In this document: piece by piece, positions 12,059 to 24,706 of the stretch
Layout: every line of letters begins with the position of its first letter
Position numbering within the stretch: the first letter of the stretch is position 1
Source of the DNA: Bugula neritina
Lineage: Eukaryota; Animalia; Bryozoa
Assembly (NCBI GenBank): GCA_964035545.1
Contig: CAXIUT010000249.1
Span: forward strand, 1 to 34,780
Direction: 5' to 3'
DNA: 34,780 nt
Notes under the pieces: model-generated
Told to the model about the DNA's origin: nothing
Databases searched by the model: none
The model's input: only the letters and a program-made list of their open reading frames with translations
Made by a program: the position numbers and the translations under genes

Positions 12059-15000
12059 TCACCACTAATCAGCCTAAGAATCTTCAAAATCTTTCTCTTT
12101 TTTGTCTTTCATCTTCTAAGAAATCAACTATGGTTCATAATCAGGATTTTCTAGGTAGTTTTTTTCTAACTAATCTATTACTCCCTTATATTCATCAACA
12201 GCTATTTTTACATATAACCATTCATCACCTTCAATTTTCACTATTTCCATCTATTAAGCCTTAAAATATATTTTATTCTTTGTTACTATGATCTTTTTGC
12301 TCAAACCCTCACTAAAAAAGCGCATCGTAGCTATCCCAGGCTTATTTGGGTTTACCTATCTTTGATTTCCTTAGGAATGATGTTTATTATTTTTCTTTTT
12401 GTTGATGTTAGATATCATTTTTTTGTACAAAATATTGTCTTCTAACTTTTTATTTTTTTGAAGTACTCTAGGTAATATTTCTTCACGAACTTGTCCCATC
12501 AAATACTAAAAGCGCTGGATGATAAATATTTTTAAATGAGAATGATAAGGAGTCACTGTTGGCTCTTGACTTTTGTCTTTTCCTTTATCTTTTTGCTTCT
12601 TTTTTCTAAATATCATACTTCCAGTATCTTATTTTTCTCTCAGGACATGAACTTTCGCATATATGAGAGTATGAAAAACTCGACGAAGGTTTTGAGACCA
12701 ATGAAAAAAGAATTTGAAAAAATATTTACTCAGCAAAAAAAGAATCAGTTAAAGACTAAACTAAGGAGCAAAGTAGTTGAAATGATTGTATAAAATAACT
12801 AAACACTTAGCTATGTTATACTAGTACTCAGAATCCAAAATAACTCTTATTCCCTAAATCAAAAACTTATAGTCGAAATTTGATGGTAAAGCTCTTCCAT
12901 TCTTTTTTAATCTCTTAAAGCCTTAATCGATAATAGTCAAAGTTATCAAGGTAGAGTGAGTCTAATAGATATTAGTTTTCTTCATCAATAGAACTACAAA
13001 AACATTTAAAATCTTTTCATTTCCTAAATTCTTTTTTAAACATCTTCGGAACCGTTCATTCATTTAGATTACTTTCATCAATTTCATCTAAGCCAGAAAA
13101 GCAAAAAGTAGCCTTTTATAACCAGGTAAATACTACCATTCTATATATTTACTCACAACACAAACATATTAGATCTAACTAATCAGATTTTATAAAAATG
13201 TAAAAAAAGCTCCTCTCCTCTTAGATAGTCGATCCTTCCAACCTTTTTATTTCTGCATAATTGATTTTAGTCTAGTTTGATTGACTTTGAATAAATTATC
13301 TTCTTCAATGTATTTATAAAAGTTGTTTTACCAGTTAAACAAACTATCATAATAACTTTTTTGATCTTTTAGATTTGCTTAACGTTCATACATATCTTTT
13401 CCAGAAGTAATTGCTCTCCATTCATCCAAATTAGGATCATTAGCTTTGTTAACTACTTCAAGAATGTTTTAGCGAAAGAGAGGAATTCTGAAATAGGCAT
13501 AAGAACAAAATGCTTCAGCAAATGATTGTTCAGTTTCATCTCCTTTATTAACCAAAGAGTTTAAAGTTATTTCCATAAGTTGATTTAATAAATCTAGATA
13601 TTTAACACTCACATCTATTTTTGCTTTCAAATTTTAACCAATTTGACCGCTAGATATCTATTATTTTTAATCCTATCTAAAACGCATATTATTCAATGTA
13701 AATTATCCTCTCTTTAAAATAGCATTAAGAATTTGCCAACTTAGCTGTTCAATATCTTGATGAACTCTCTGTCGTATGTAGGCTTGAATCTTGAATCCAA
13801 TATTGATAAATAACTTCTGTGCTTGTACCATTTATTCTTCATTAAGATACTAATATACTAAAATTGATTATTTTGAAGTTCTATTCAGTAATTTAAGCAT
13901 TTTCGTTAAACTTATTTTAATATCAGCTACTATCTATCGAATATCTTCAAGATAAGTATAATCTGTTTTTTACAACTAAACAAAATCTCTTTGACTAGAA
14001 TCAAGCAGTCTTTTTAAAGATTTTATTTATTCTCCTTCTCTGGTTTTTGAAGTAAAAAAAACAGGACTTGATGTTTCTATTCCCTTTTACGTTCTTACAA
14101 AAGTCAACATTTGTTGTTAAAAATTTTGAAGCTTTACATTAAATCGAACTCTTGCTTAACCCATTTATTTACCTTGGTGATAAACTTTATGAGACGTATA
14201 AACCTAAAATTGTTGATATACTATCTTTGTTCTAGGATCTTTCCATAATTTCGATTAATTATCCATTATTTTAGATAAAGAAATGAAACATGAACTATCT
14301 ACTTAAAATTTGTTTTATTTACCAGGAATAACGTTAAAAAACACAAGATACAAAGAAGTCTAACGAATTTAAGAAACATAAAGAGTTGTGTCTATTTGAG
14401 GCAATACTAAATCTTTTGCCTTCTATTTTGTCCAGACCATTCGATCACTTATAGTATCATGTACCTCAGTGATAGGTTTTTAAGTATAATCTTTGTTAAG
14501 ATTAGGAACTGATTATTAAAACATTTCTGGTTTTTGATAGAGTTATTTACTTTTATCACGACCTAAACCCATCTAACCATCATTTATCTTCAAAAAATAG
14601 CTATGTTTAGCAGGTTATAGCTGTTGCCCAACCTAAATAACACTAAAGATACAATAGGTTCTATCCAAAATGTATAATACTATCCTGCATTTTTTTTATT
14701 CTTTGGTAGTAGTATGGTTTCAATGTTATCAATCAGGATATGAACTCCTTGAGAAATTTTATAGTTAAAGGAGATGCGAGTATCTTTGGAATCAGGCAAA
14801 GAGAAAGGCAGATTAAGGTGATAAGGTCCTTTCCAAATCATGTACAAGTTGACAGTAATATCTCCCAGCAACTTTTGATCTTGATTATATGCTTCAATCA
14901 ACAAAAAATTAGTTCTTAACTCATACTCATTCATCTTACACTCAACTTTACGATTTATTGGCCACTAACTATATCAATATTTACATAGACATTCTTTTAA

Positions 15001-15247
15001 TCAACTCTTTTGAGGTTTGTTGTGTATTATTCTAGTCCTTTCAATTTGAATTTAAGAAATATTTAACTCTCAATCAAATTAAAATTACATACTGACATCT
15101 TTTGAGTTTAATATCTTCAAGTTTGAAACAAAAATGGAGAGTTGGCAACTATTCCTTCACTATAGTGTAAGTATCTTCAGGAACAATTGCCAAAGATGAA
15201 TTTATATCTCGTCTGTTCTTTTAATTATTGCAAAAACAAACTCCCAT
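12059..15247 (-). CDS. Large protein with N-terminal C2-like region and C-terminal DUF1765-like domain
   Basis: MGVCFC N-terminus; LLIEAYNQDQKLLGDITVNL (C2-like); IEWEYLPGY, FDYKFLIEGIRVILDSE and FFKFFFHWSQNLRRVFH recall DUF1765 (from memory). Introns 14633-14652, 14965-14984 and 15069-15088 (20 nt); 1042 aa. Confidence 0.75.
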
Positions 15248-15365
15248 CTCAATATTAAGATTATTATTATAGTTTAGACAAATTTACATAAAAAAAATTA
15301 TTACCAAACTATCTTATCATTTAATCAATATAATATCTTCTAAAGTAATTAGACCATTTATTTTT

Positions 15366-15420
15366 GGTTGGGGTTGGGGTTGGGGTTGGGGTTGGGGTTG
15401 GGGTTGGGGTTGGGGTTGGG
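15366..15420. repeat. Internal (GGGGTT)n telomeric tract, right-end polarity
   Basis: 55 nt of G4T2 repeats flanked by unique DNA on both sides. Confidence 0.95.
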
Positions 15421-15809
15421 AATCCAAGAGGATAGTCCATCCCGTCAAAGGCAGTTATTACATTGGCATAACCATTAGGAATAGCATCGAATCCTTGGGT
15501 GCAATTGATCATCACTGATGATCCCTTAGCATATGATCCTTCCTTTGATTCACATTTTGAACCACTGGGAGCTATTGGTAAACGGGGACTTCCCATATCA
15601 GCCAAAACGTTGCTGTAAGATGTAGAATTCCACTTGAAATCAGCTTTGAAGTTGATCTGAGCTCCCCATGATATGCTATTAGTACTAAGTCTGCTAATAC
15701 TGCAATTAGAAGCAGTACCAAGACTGGAAGGTTGATACTGGTTACAAGGAATACTGACTGATACAACTGAGGCGATTAAGAGAACTCCGACTAAAACAAC
15801 TTTCAACAT
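15366..15809 (-). CDS. Secreted Cys-containing protein of unknown function; 3' end runs into the telomeric tract (true stop uncertain)
   Basis: Signal peptide MLKVVLVGVLLIASVVS and about 130 codons with no TAR. The frame enters the tract as (PT)n; the next in-frame TGA is at 15249-15251, abutting the next gene's ATG. Confidence 0.7.
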
Positions 15810-15959
15810 CTTTAGGATTAATAGATTATTAATCAAGAATATCTTTACCAATTTAAAGTTATATTAATGCTGAGATAATCTTGAATATGAATATTGATGC
15901 GTGTTGATAGTTGATGATAATTAAATGAGTGTAGTTTCTTATAAAGATAAATAGAACTT

Positions 15960-16337
15960 ATGTTTAATCAAACTAAACCAGAAGCTGCCATGAACTTACC
16001 AGTTGGAAGCCACATCGACCGCCTTGCAGATTTGATATCAGATATGAAAGTCTAAACTGACTCAATCCAAAAAGATCTTCAGATCCTTCGAGGAGGAATA
16101 ACTCAGCTATCTTTTATCAATAAAGAAGCAGATCAATAATTGAATATGTTCCTTGTTGATGGAATTGCTGATCTGAGAAACAGATGGGGAGCATAGTGGG
16201 AGCAAAGTCATCAGCAATTGATAGAACATAAACGAAGATTAGCAAAATTAGCAGAAGAACATGAAGATGTGGAAATTATGAGAGAATAATTATAAGAAAA
16301 AGGACTTTGTTTAGAATAAGCTGTTGGATTGAAATGA
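15960..16337 (+). CDS. Hypothetical small coiled-coil protein
   Basis: 125 aa, MFNQTKPEAAMNLPVGSHIDRLADLI...LEEAVGLK*, with a heptad-like pattern. Confidence 0.7.
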
Positions 16338-16693
16338 TGATTTAATCTTTTATATGATTTTATTGCTTATGGCCTTCAACACAAACTTAGAAAATTGTTC
16401 CATTATTTTTTAATCTACTTTTTCTTTCAAAAAGATAAGTAGTATCAAAGTCAAGCCAGAAAGTCATTCGCAATAAAGCTTTATTAGATTATTGAAAAAA
16501 TAAACCTATATAAATGATCGATGATGAATCAATCTTAATGATAGTTCATCAACATTTTTTAACGTTTTAGTTAAAAACTATTGATAGGATGGATAGTCAC
16601 TTTAAACTGGAGTTTACAGAATGTTGTTGAAGTTATCAAGTATTGATTTTTTTGAATTATAAATCCGTGTTATTTATAATTATTTAATAGGCT

Positions 16694-16882
16694 ATGAACG
16701 ATTAGCAAAAAGCTCTAAATAGTAAAGACATCATCAACAACAACAATTTCAAAGAAAAAATAAAGTTGATAAAGTTTCCAGGCTTAGGGTCAAATGGAGC
16801 ACAAGAATGGTCAAAAAATAAATATTTAAAGCACCTAGCTCATCAAATAAAGACCACTATTGAAGAATTGAGCCTTGAATGA
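16694..16882 (+). CDS. Possible small hypothetical protein (structure unresolved)
   Basis: 62 aa, MNDEQKALNSKDII...IEELSLE*. It lies in an otherwise unexplained ~880 nt gap and could be spurious or a last exon. Confidence 0.3.
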
Positions 16883-17218
16883 TTGATTTTCCTCACCTTT
16901 ATTATCAAATTGATCATACCATCAACTCTTGAAAGAGTTTTTTTAAAGATAATCAGGAATTTATATCTCTATGTCATCTTTACCTAATTGACAAACGCTG
17001 ACCAATAAATATTTGAATCACATAATACAATATAAAGCTGTCCAAAGGTTGTCAAAAGAAAAAACCTCTGATTAAATATTTTACAAAAAATAATTACAAT
17101 ACAAGTATGATAAAGAGAATTAACATAATAATAATTTTATTACTTACAAACCAGTTCTAATTGTCCTTTTGATATTGCAATCTTTATAAACATAAAAAAT
17201 GATTAAAATGATTTAATA

Positions 17219-17854
17219 TCAAATTCTTGTGTTAACTTTGCTTCGAAGTGTTTATTGAAAACTAGAAGAACATTCAAATTAAGTCTTTAACCTTTCTATC
17301 TTCTTCTTTGATTTTTTATAATTCCCATTAGACTCTTTTTTAAATCCTCTTGTTGCTGATCTATTCTCATCCTATTTCCTTTTGCCAGTGCTATCATGAG
17401 TCCTAAGTTTATCTCTTTCTTTTTTATGACTATCTATTCTTTTGCTGGAGTAGTTACTATCTCCCTTCTTGATTCCTTCTTTGCTTTTCACTTTAGGTTG
17501 AAAGAGTTTAATATCTTTTTTAAATGTTTGAGGAGCCGTGAAATCATAGTTATTTTTGATAGTTTACATACAAGTAATTTAATTTTATTCATCACTACTA
17601 ATGATATCCTAAAGCGATTTGATAATTTTAGGAAAAGTGTATATTTTATTAGCAATAGAAAGTTTAAATCTTTCTTCTATTTATCTTTTAAACTATTTCA
17701 TCTCCTCTTCACTTTACCTCTATGCCTAACTATCATGTTCAGACATATCATAAATAGGTCTTCTACGACTATTCAGTAGAGACAGTTCTTCAGATGAATA
17801 CTATTAGATGCGGGAAGGGAACTATTCGCCTTCTTCTGATTTGAATTATTACAT
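17219..17854 (-). CDS. Hypothetical charged low-complexity protein
   Basis: 211 aa, MEEFKSEEGEEFPSRIEEYSSEEL...SKVNTRI*. Confidence 0.6.
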
Positions 17855-18044
17855 TAAATACAAACATCCATAATATAAACATCCAAAAAATTATCTCTAA
17901 ATTGTAAATTACATCTATTCTTTCAAATTAACCTCAATAATATCATATACGCCATTCATCATTATCAATCTTCATTAATAGCTCTGTAACTGAAATCAAA
18001 TTAAAGCTTATCTCGATTGTATCATTTTATAATAATTCAAATCT

Positions 18045-19061
18045 ATGTCATCTCATCAAAGCGATGCTCGTATTAATCCGCCTCACTCAAGCAGCCACAT
18101 ATAAGATCCTGCTCCTGCTCCTGCTCCAGCTGCTGCTTAGGTTCCAGCTGCTTAGGCTCCAAGAGAAAGAGAAGTCAACCGATGGAGGTGGGTCAGAAAT
18201 TACTTAGGAATGGAAGTAACTCCTAGTAATCTATAATTTATATAATAACATAAAATATTACTCCTAGGAGGTAAACAAGAAGTAGTTGATCCATAATAGT
18301 AAAGTTGCCTTAGCATTCTAAATAAAAACATTTGTCCGCATCTCGCCTGCATCTCTCTGACCGTTATTATGTTATTCATCTGCACTATCTACTACATAGT
18401 TGGTGTTTCCATAGGCTACAGAAATTTCACATTCCTTGAAATCAATTTAGACACATACTACGACCTAGGAGTCAATAATGCGGCTCTTGTTTATGATGGT
18501 TAGGCCCATAGATTGATACTGTCTCTTATCTTGCATGTTAACTTTATGCACCTTGTTTCCAATTTATTTGCAATACTGCTTATTATATCATATTGTGAGT
18601 ATTCTTTTGGATGGTTTAGAACCCTTATGATATATATTGGATCAGGAATAGTTGCTAATGTTTTTAGCAATTTGGTTTATATTGATTAAGGTAGATCAAT
18701 GATCAAAGCTGGAGCATCGACTTCTCTCTATGGAATCATAGGAGCTTGTTTTGGATATTTTGTTATCAACTGGCCAGCCCTGAGCATCATTGGACCTGTG
18801 CTTAAATTTAGAACAATTACTATATTAATTCTTATGTTAATTTTTCTGATTCTCTTCTGTGATCAAGCTACTGAAGTAGACTATGCTGCTCATTTTTCTT
18901 CTCTACTAGCAGGTTTCTTTCTGACTGGAATCCTTCCCAGCATACAATAAACCTCAAGGTAAACAATCATCAGAATCGTTTTCACTGTATTATTCGCTTT
19001 GATGGGATTAATTTGTTTGTTGGTATTCTACCTGGCACCACAAGATGGCTATTCACAGTGA
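18045..19061 (+). CDS. Rhomboid-family intramembrane serine protease (S54)
   Basis: 338 aa; LHVNFMHLVSN (HxxxN), YIGSGIVAN, KAGASTSLYG (catalytic Ser), VDYAAHFSS (catalytic His); multiple TM helices. Confidence 0.92.
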
Positions 19062-19104
19062 AAAATGATTTAAATATTTTGTAATGATCATATAAAGACA
19101 AAAA

Positions 19105-19392
19105 TCATCCATTTTTGACTGTTTTGAATAGCATGAATCCATATTGTCCCATGTAGAAGTAGATGTAGTGTTTAGCTTCATAGGTTACGTAGGATCCGAA
19201 GTTTCTTCCAATAAAACAATGCCAATCTCCATTGTACTTTCTGTTGAGTTCATCTTTTAGATGGGTAGCTATCTATTGGATGGTATGCATTTTATCAAGG
19301 GCATATCGAGCGATGGCTAGAATTTATGTTTACATCTAAGGACTGATATCCTTCACTTTGATGACAGGTTTATTGTCTTTGAACTATGTCAT
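19105..19392 (-). CDS. Dynein light chain type 1 (LC8 family)
   Basis: 95 aa; [50 protein letters not shown]. Confidence 0.95.
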
Positions 19393-19425
19393 TAAGTTTC
19401 AAAAATTATTAAAATTATCATTCAA

Positions 19426-19500
19426 GGGGTTGGGGTTGGGGTTGGGGTTGGGGTTGGGGTTGGGGTTGGGGTTGGGGTTGGGGTTGGGGTTGGGGTTGGG
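19426..19500. repeat. Internal (GGGGTT)n telomeric tract, right-end polarity
   Basis: 75 nt of perfect G4T2 repeats between two divergent genes. Confidence 0.95.
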
Positions 19501-19598
19501 AGTTCTATTCTGTCAGAATAATAATTGTAATATCAGTTATTTAGTATTTTAGCATTGCTAATATCCGTTTTATCAAAGACACAATATAATTAAAATCC

Positions 19599-20219
19599 AT
19601 GGAGAGTTAAGACCTTGCATCACACATGTCCAACAAAAGCATCATCGACAACCCTGAATCCTAAGAACTTAGATGCAAGATTTGCTACTAAGAAACCAAA
19701 CCTCTCATAACTTTATGTGAATGTTCAGGATCAATCGCTTTTGTCCATGAAGATTGCATCTTAGATTGGATCACCAAAAAGATGGAAAACTCATAAATAG
19801 TACAAATACCCACCTGCTAAATCTGTAGAACTACCTATTCAGCTAAACTCAAAATAGGAAGTAAAAAAATATGTTTTACACTTTTTATGCAAAAAATAAA
19901 ATAACTAAAAGCTATCTAAATACTGCTCACAATGCTCTTTATCATTGGATCCATTTTGGCAGTTATCGTGGCATCACAAGCTGTCTTCGCTTATTTTAAT
20001 GCGTTACTTACTATTGGACAATCTCAAGTTGAAGAAGGAGCTCAGAGTACTCGTTCTAATGATGGAATTTTTATGAGAATATGGACCCAGTTAGTTTTTC
20101 CAATGTGGTTTATAAAGTAAGCAATCAAACATGGTAAATAAAGAGCAATAATGTTTAGGGATTCTCGAGTTCAGATTGTGGAGGTGACTTTGAATCCTAA
20201 AAAGGTGATTAAACAGTGA
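19599..20219 (+). CDS. MARCH-like RING-CH (RINGv) membrane E3 ligase
   Basis: 206 aa; CKICYEE..LCECSGSIAFVHEDCILDW..CEICR followed by hydrophobic segments. Confidence 0.88.
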
Positions 20220-20352
20220 TGATGTTTGCTTTTTGTATTTGTTATATTTTGCAATAGTTAATTTTGGAGGGCTTTATGAATATTTTTATAAAATAGTGTG
20301 TTGCGGTTTTCAAGTTTAAAGACCGGTTGGAAATATTCAAATAGTATTTAAA

Positions 20353-22265
20353 ATGAAAATTGACCCAAACAAAAAATAACCTCAAGACCAAGACAATAGT
20401 ACATAAACATAATTTGTATTTATTTTAATATTCAGCTCACCTCAATAGTCTTACAACTATCAGTTCTATTCAAAGGAGTTTTAGGAGAACAAAATAAAAC
20501 TTAGATCTATCAAGAAGAAATTATAAAAAAACCTGTTAGGTCATAGATAGCTGAAAAAAAAGTGGAGCGAATAGAAGAGGAACAATCACAGCCCAGGAGA
20601 ATTCTAAGGCATAAGCCTATATAAAAAGACAGGATTGAAGATAAACAAAAAAATATCAAAGTTTTTAAAGTTCAAAAGAAAGTGATATAAGAAAAATAGG
20701 AATCTCATGATTCAGATCCCAGTGTTTAGGAGATATACCCTTATGGGGAGAGAATTTTAAGTAAGAAAAAAAACTAAGAAGAAGAAGAAAGTTAAGAGTT
20801 TATGACAAAAGTGAAAAGAAAACGAAGACAAAAATCAAAAAAAGGATAAAAAAAAGACTTGAATTAACCAAAAAAACCTATCTCTAGTTTTGTTCATTTC
20901 TATGCTGCTAGAGCTAAACTAATAAGAAATTAACATCCTGAAGGATTAGTTGGTAATATGGCTAAAATACTTGCAAACTAATGGAAAGGAATGACTCCTT
21001 AATAAAAAGATCCTTACATTAAAGCTGCCTCTAAAAATTTAGATGCATATTATAGTGAAAAAGAAAAAGTTAATGAAAAATAAAAAATAAAATAAAAGTA
21101 AAAATCAAATTTAAAACAAAAAAATATTGAAGAATGTTAAAAATATCAAAAAAAACCAGAGATTAGAAACAAAGTTTAACCAATTATCAAATAAATAAGT
21201 AAAAATAAGCCTAAAGAATGTCAAAGATCATAAAGTGAAGAATGTCAAAGATCATAGAGTGAAGAAGATATATCTATTTCTGCTGAAGATGTTCCGATAA
21301 AAGAAGTGAAATAAAGCCGAGGAAGACTTTCAAGTTTTATAACATTTTTCAAAGCTAATTGCAAAAAAATATCTAAGGAACATAATGAAAATCAGAGAGG
21401 AAAGTTAGCTAAATTAGCCTCTTAGAAATGGAAACAGATGAATATCAATTAAAAAAGATTGTACATGAATATGGCTAGGGTATAAAGAAGAAGACGAAAA
21501 AGATTGTAAAAAAAACGTTTAACAGAAGAAAAAGAAGAACTAAATAGTCAAAAACAAAAATAAAAAGCAAAATCAGTTAAAAAGATCTCGTAATATCATG
21601 AGTAAGAGTACAAACCTGGTAATTATCATAAAAACAACAGAAAATCAAGATAATCTTCATAAAAAGATAATGATAAAACAGAATAAAAGAAGAAAGAACA
21701 ATAACTATTCAATTTTTAATTTGAATAAAACTGTTTTGATGAGGGAGAGAAATCTTATGAGTTTAAAAATTTGATGTAAGAGCCATATGAGCCCTTTATC
21801 TACAACAACTAAGATCTTCAAATAATTTAATAATAAAGTTAAAAACCTTTCTATAAAATAGCTCCTCATTATTAAAGTGTGATCGAAGTTAATTCTAATG
21901 ATGAAGGCTATGCTCCTAGAAACTTACCTTAAAAAAAAAGCAATGGACATGAACTAAAATTAACTTAGAAGTATGATAATCAGATATAAAAACCTTTAAA
22001 AAGTCCCACTAATGCTTTTCTTATATATTATCAGGAAAGTTTAAATGAGCTGAAAAGGAAAAACAACAAGGCCTTGGGATCAGAGTTAGTTAAAATAGCA
22101 TCAAGCAAGTGGAGTGAAATGAATTAAGCATAAAAAGTATACTATTTTGCTTTGGCCAGAGAAAGAAGAATTAGTAACAAGTAGGTTTCTAAGCTCCGTC
22201 AACAACAACAAAGTTAAAACAAAACAAGATCGAGAAGAAGAGCAACTGTAGTTGATGAACTGTGA
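20353..22265 (+). CDS. HMG-box protein (about three boxes)
   Basis: PKKPISSFVHFY..WKGMTPEEKDPY; SSFITFF..KWKQMNINEKRLY; KSPTNAFLIYY..KWSEMNEAEKVYY. Intron 20416-20435 (20 nt); 630 aa. Confidence 0.85.
21216..21263 (+). repeat. In-frame 24-nt tandem duplication within the HMG gene
   Basis: GAATGTCAAAGATCATAAAGTGAA followed by GAATGTCAAAGATCATAGAGTGAA. Confidence 0.9.
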
Positions 22266-22455
22266 TGTCAATCGATTATTATAAAAAATATCAATAAATG
22301 ACAAACAAATATCGAAAAAGTATCATCGTGATATTAACTGTTTGTTTCTTGAATATCTAACTATCTGGCCTTCATATTTAAGAAACCCATAGTTACTACA
22401 ATCTCTAAAAGACACATTGGGTGTAACAGTCATCATCCATTAAAATTCTTAATAA

Positions 22456-22881
22456 ATGCAAAAGCGAGTGTCTCAATATGAAAAACTACTTTCCTTTTAC
22501 CTTCAGAGTACCAAGTTGATTATGAAGTACCATAGATTAATATATAGACAACCCGATACCATGTTGAAATACTTCACTGGACACTGTGAACCTCGTATTG
22601 GTAAAACCTACTTCAACTGGACACTTCTTCAACAGTATATTTAAACCACAAATATCTACGGATCAAAGGATATCGTCAATAATGGTCAAAAACAAGTCTG
22701 GAAAGCCTACTTTTAAGTATGTTAGAATCCAAAATTAAAGCTAATAAAATAAAGAAGAAAAGCATTGCATTTAACTAGAGTTCATTCAGATTTTTATTAT
22801 TATGACAACGGGTAATTTACAAATAAACGTCCCTTTACAGATATAAACTCAATGTTGTCCTAATTAAAAGGAATATTTTGA
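22456..22881 (+). CDS. Hypothetical protein (start uncertain; frame open from ATG 22255)
   Basis: TGA-free frame filling the gap between the HMG and phosphatase genes, ending SELKGIF*. Confidence 0.45.
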
Positions 22882-22891
22882 TATTTAAACA

Positions 22892-24600
22892 TCATTCAAG
22901 ACTTTAACTTTCTTTATTAGACTATTGAGGTTAAAACTGCTCTTCCACGATCTAATGATGCTCCTTGGGTCTGTTCTATAAGTTGATATTATTTTTCATT
23001 TAAGGAAAATATTGTTTCTTCAGATAAATGACTGTTATGATGATTGGCATAGTTATCAGCAAAGCTACAAATACTTTGAAGAGTAATGGAGTTTTAGATT
23101 AATTTTAATCTTTTTTTGTAGGTTTAGTTTTAGTTTCAGCATTGGCCATAGTAAATTTATCAGCCACTGAACAATTACTACTTGTAAAATGTTGAAAACT
23201 AACTTTAGGAAGTAAATTTTACTCTTCCTTCTGTTCGATACTCAACACTCCGAACCCAGTATTATACACTAACTTTTAACTAAAATTTCTTTTTTAATCT
23301 ATATATCAATATCATTACATTACTTTTTAGTTTGCACGTACATATCATTGCCTCCCACACCTTCTATCACATATACAGGACAAGAAAAGTTATAAACACT
23401 ATCAAATTGATCAATATAACTGCCATTAGCACATATAGGTTTAGTTCGTTAGTAAGTATGGAGATGGCCTGATAGGTAGAGGTCCATATGCATTTTTTAG
23501 AAATAATTGCGATATGTTTTGAGACGCTATGTGTTGCGAGTGCAAGAATAGTGGTCGTCGTTTATGTCGGAACAATAAATGGGGTAATGTGAAAATACTA
23601 TTGTAAAATATTTATTTTTTAACTATTCGAGGATGGGTTGTGTGAGTTCTTTAGCGAAAACTTATGTGAAGTTATTTTTCAATCTGTTTGGTTGTTAAAA
23701 ATCAAATATTTCCATCTCTGGATCATAGGCCAAGATAACAGTTTTTCCCAACTTGATAGTATAGAAGTAGTTGTAGTATTATTTCCAATGAGGAGAGTAA
23801 AAAGATTCTATAAAGAGTTCAAAAGTGTCAGCATGATAGACAGTGTCATGATTGCCCGGAGTGACCATAAAGACCATTTTTGATGTTATTACCTACAAAT
23901 ATTTTAGCATTTCATAGTAGAGAATTCCTTGTAGGTCATAGGCGAGATCTCCTGTAAACAAAATCATTGAAAGGTTTTGGTTTTATTCGAATTTCTGAAG
24001 AATGCAGGGCATTATCTAGTTATATCCCTTAGATATACCTAATGAAGTCAATCTACCCCAATCTCCAACTACTAGAATATCCAGTCGATTCTGACTGAGA
24101 GGAGGTCTGAAACTGGCACTGAAAAGATTGGATGTTTCATACTACTAGAGAACCAAAGATTAGTTATCACTAAGTTTGAGTACTCCAAGTTGAATTTGGT
24201 ATTCGACTTCTTTGGTATTATTGAGGCCAAGTAGATCCAAATTGCCTATTTGACATTTGTGCAGATAAGTACTTTAGATATCTCCTTTGCGAGATGCGTT
24301 TTAGTTGACATCAGTGTGATGGTCTTACACGGCTTCAGTAGTCAAAAAATTAGATTAGCAAATATAACTATTAGATCCAATGACTAACGATAGCTCACCT
24401 AGAATTTACTATTCTGAGTTGAACATTACTATGTAGTATTCGATTTCATTTGGATGGTCAATGGTATACTGGAAATGTTCACCAAGAAACCATCTTACTC
24501 CGTAAATTTAGGGTACAGGTTAATCGCTTTATGATTGAGTGTTCAGGATAAGACATGTTAGAGCGATAAGATAAAGGAAAGGTTTATTATTTTTGATCAT
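22892..24600 (-). CDS. Purple acid phosphatase / metallophosphoesterase with signal peptide and C-terminal TM
   Basis: All five PAP motifs are present: VGDWG, GDLAY, PGNHD, VFSHYP and SGHLHTYER. Intron 23299-23318 (20 nt); 562 aa. Confidence 0.92.
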
Positions 24601-24706
24601 TCTGCTTATTTAAATTGTCTATAATTACAACCAAATCAATTTATTGATATCAAACTTGATTTTTAAAATATAAATAACAAAGCTACTTAAATTATAATAG
24701 TCGTTG

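Noticed and set aside
17396-17779. Hydrophobic 127-aa + strand track ORF (similarly 23638, 29327 and 33524)
   Set aside because: These are antisense shadows of genes on the opposite strand.
19358-19552. Track ORF with a (GL)n repeat
   Set aside because: It is the telomeric tract translated on the + strand, has a TTG start, and overlaps the LC8 start antisense.
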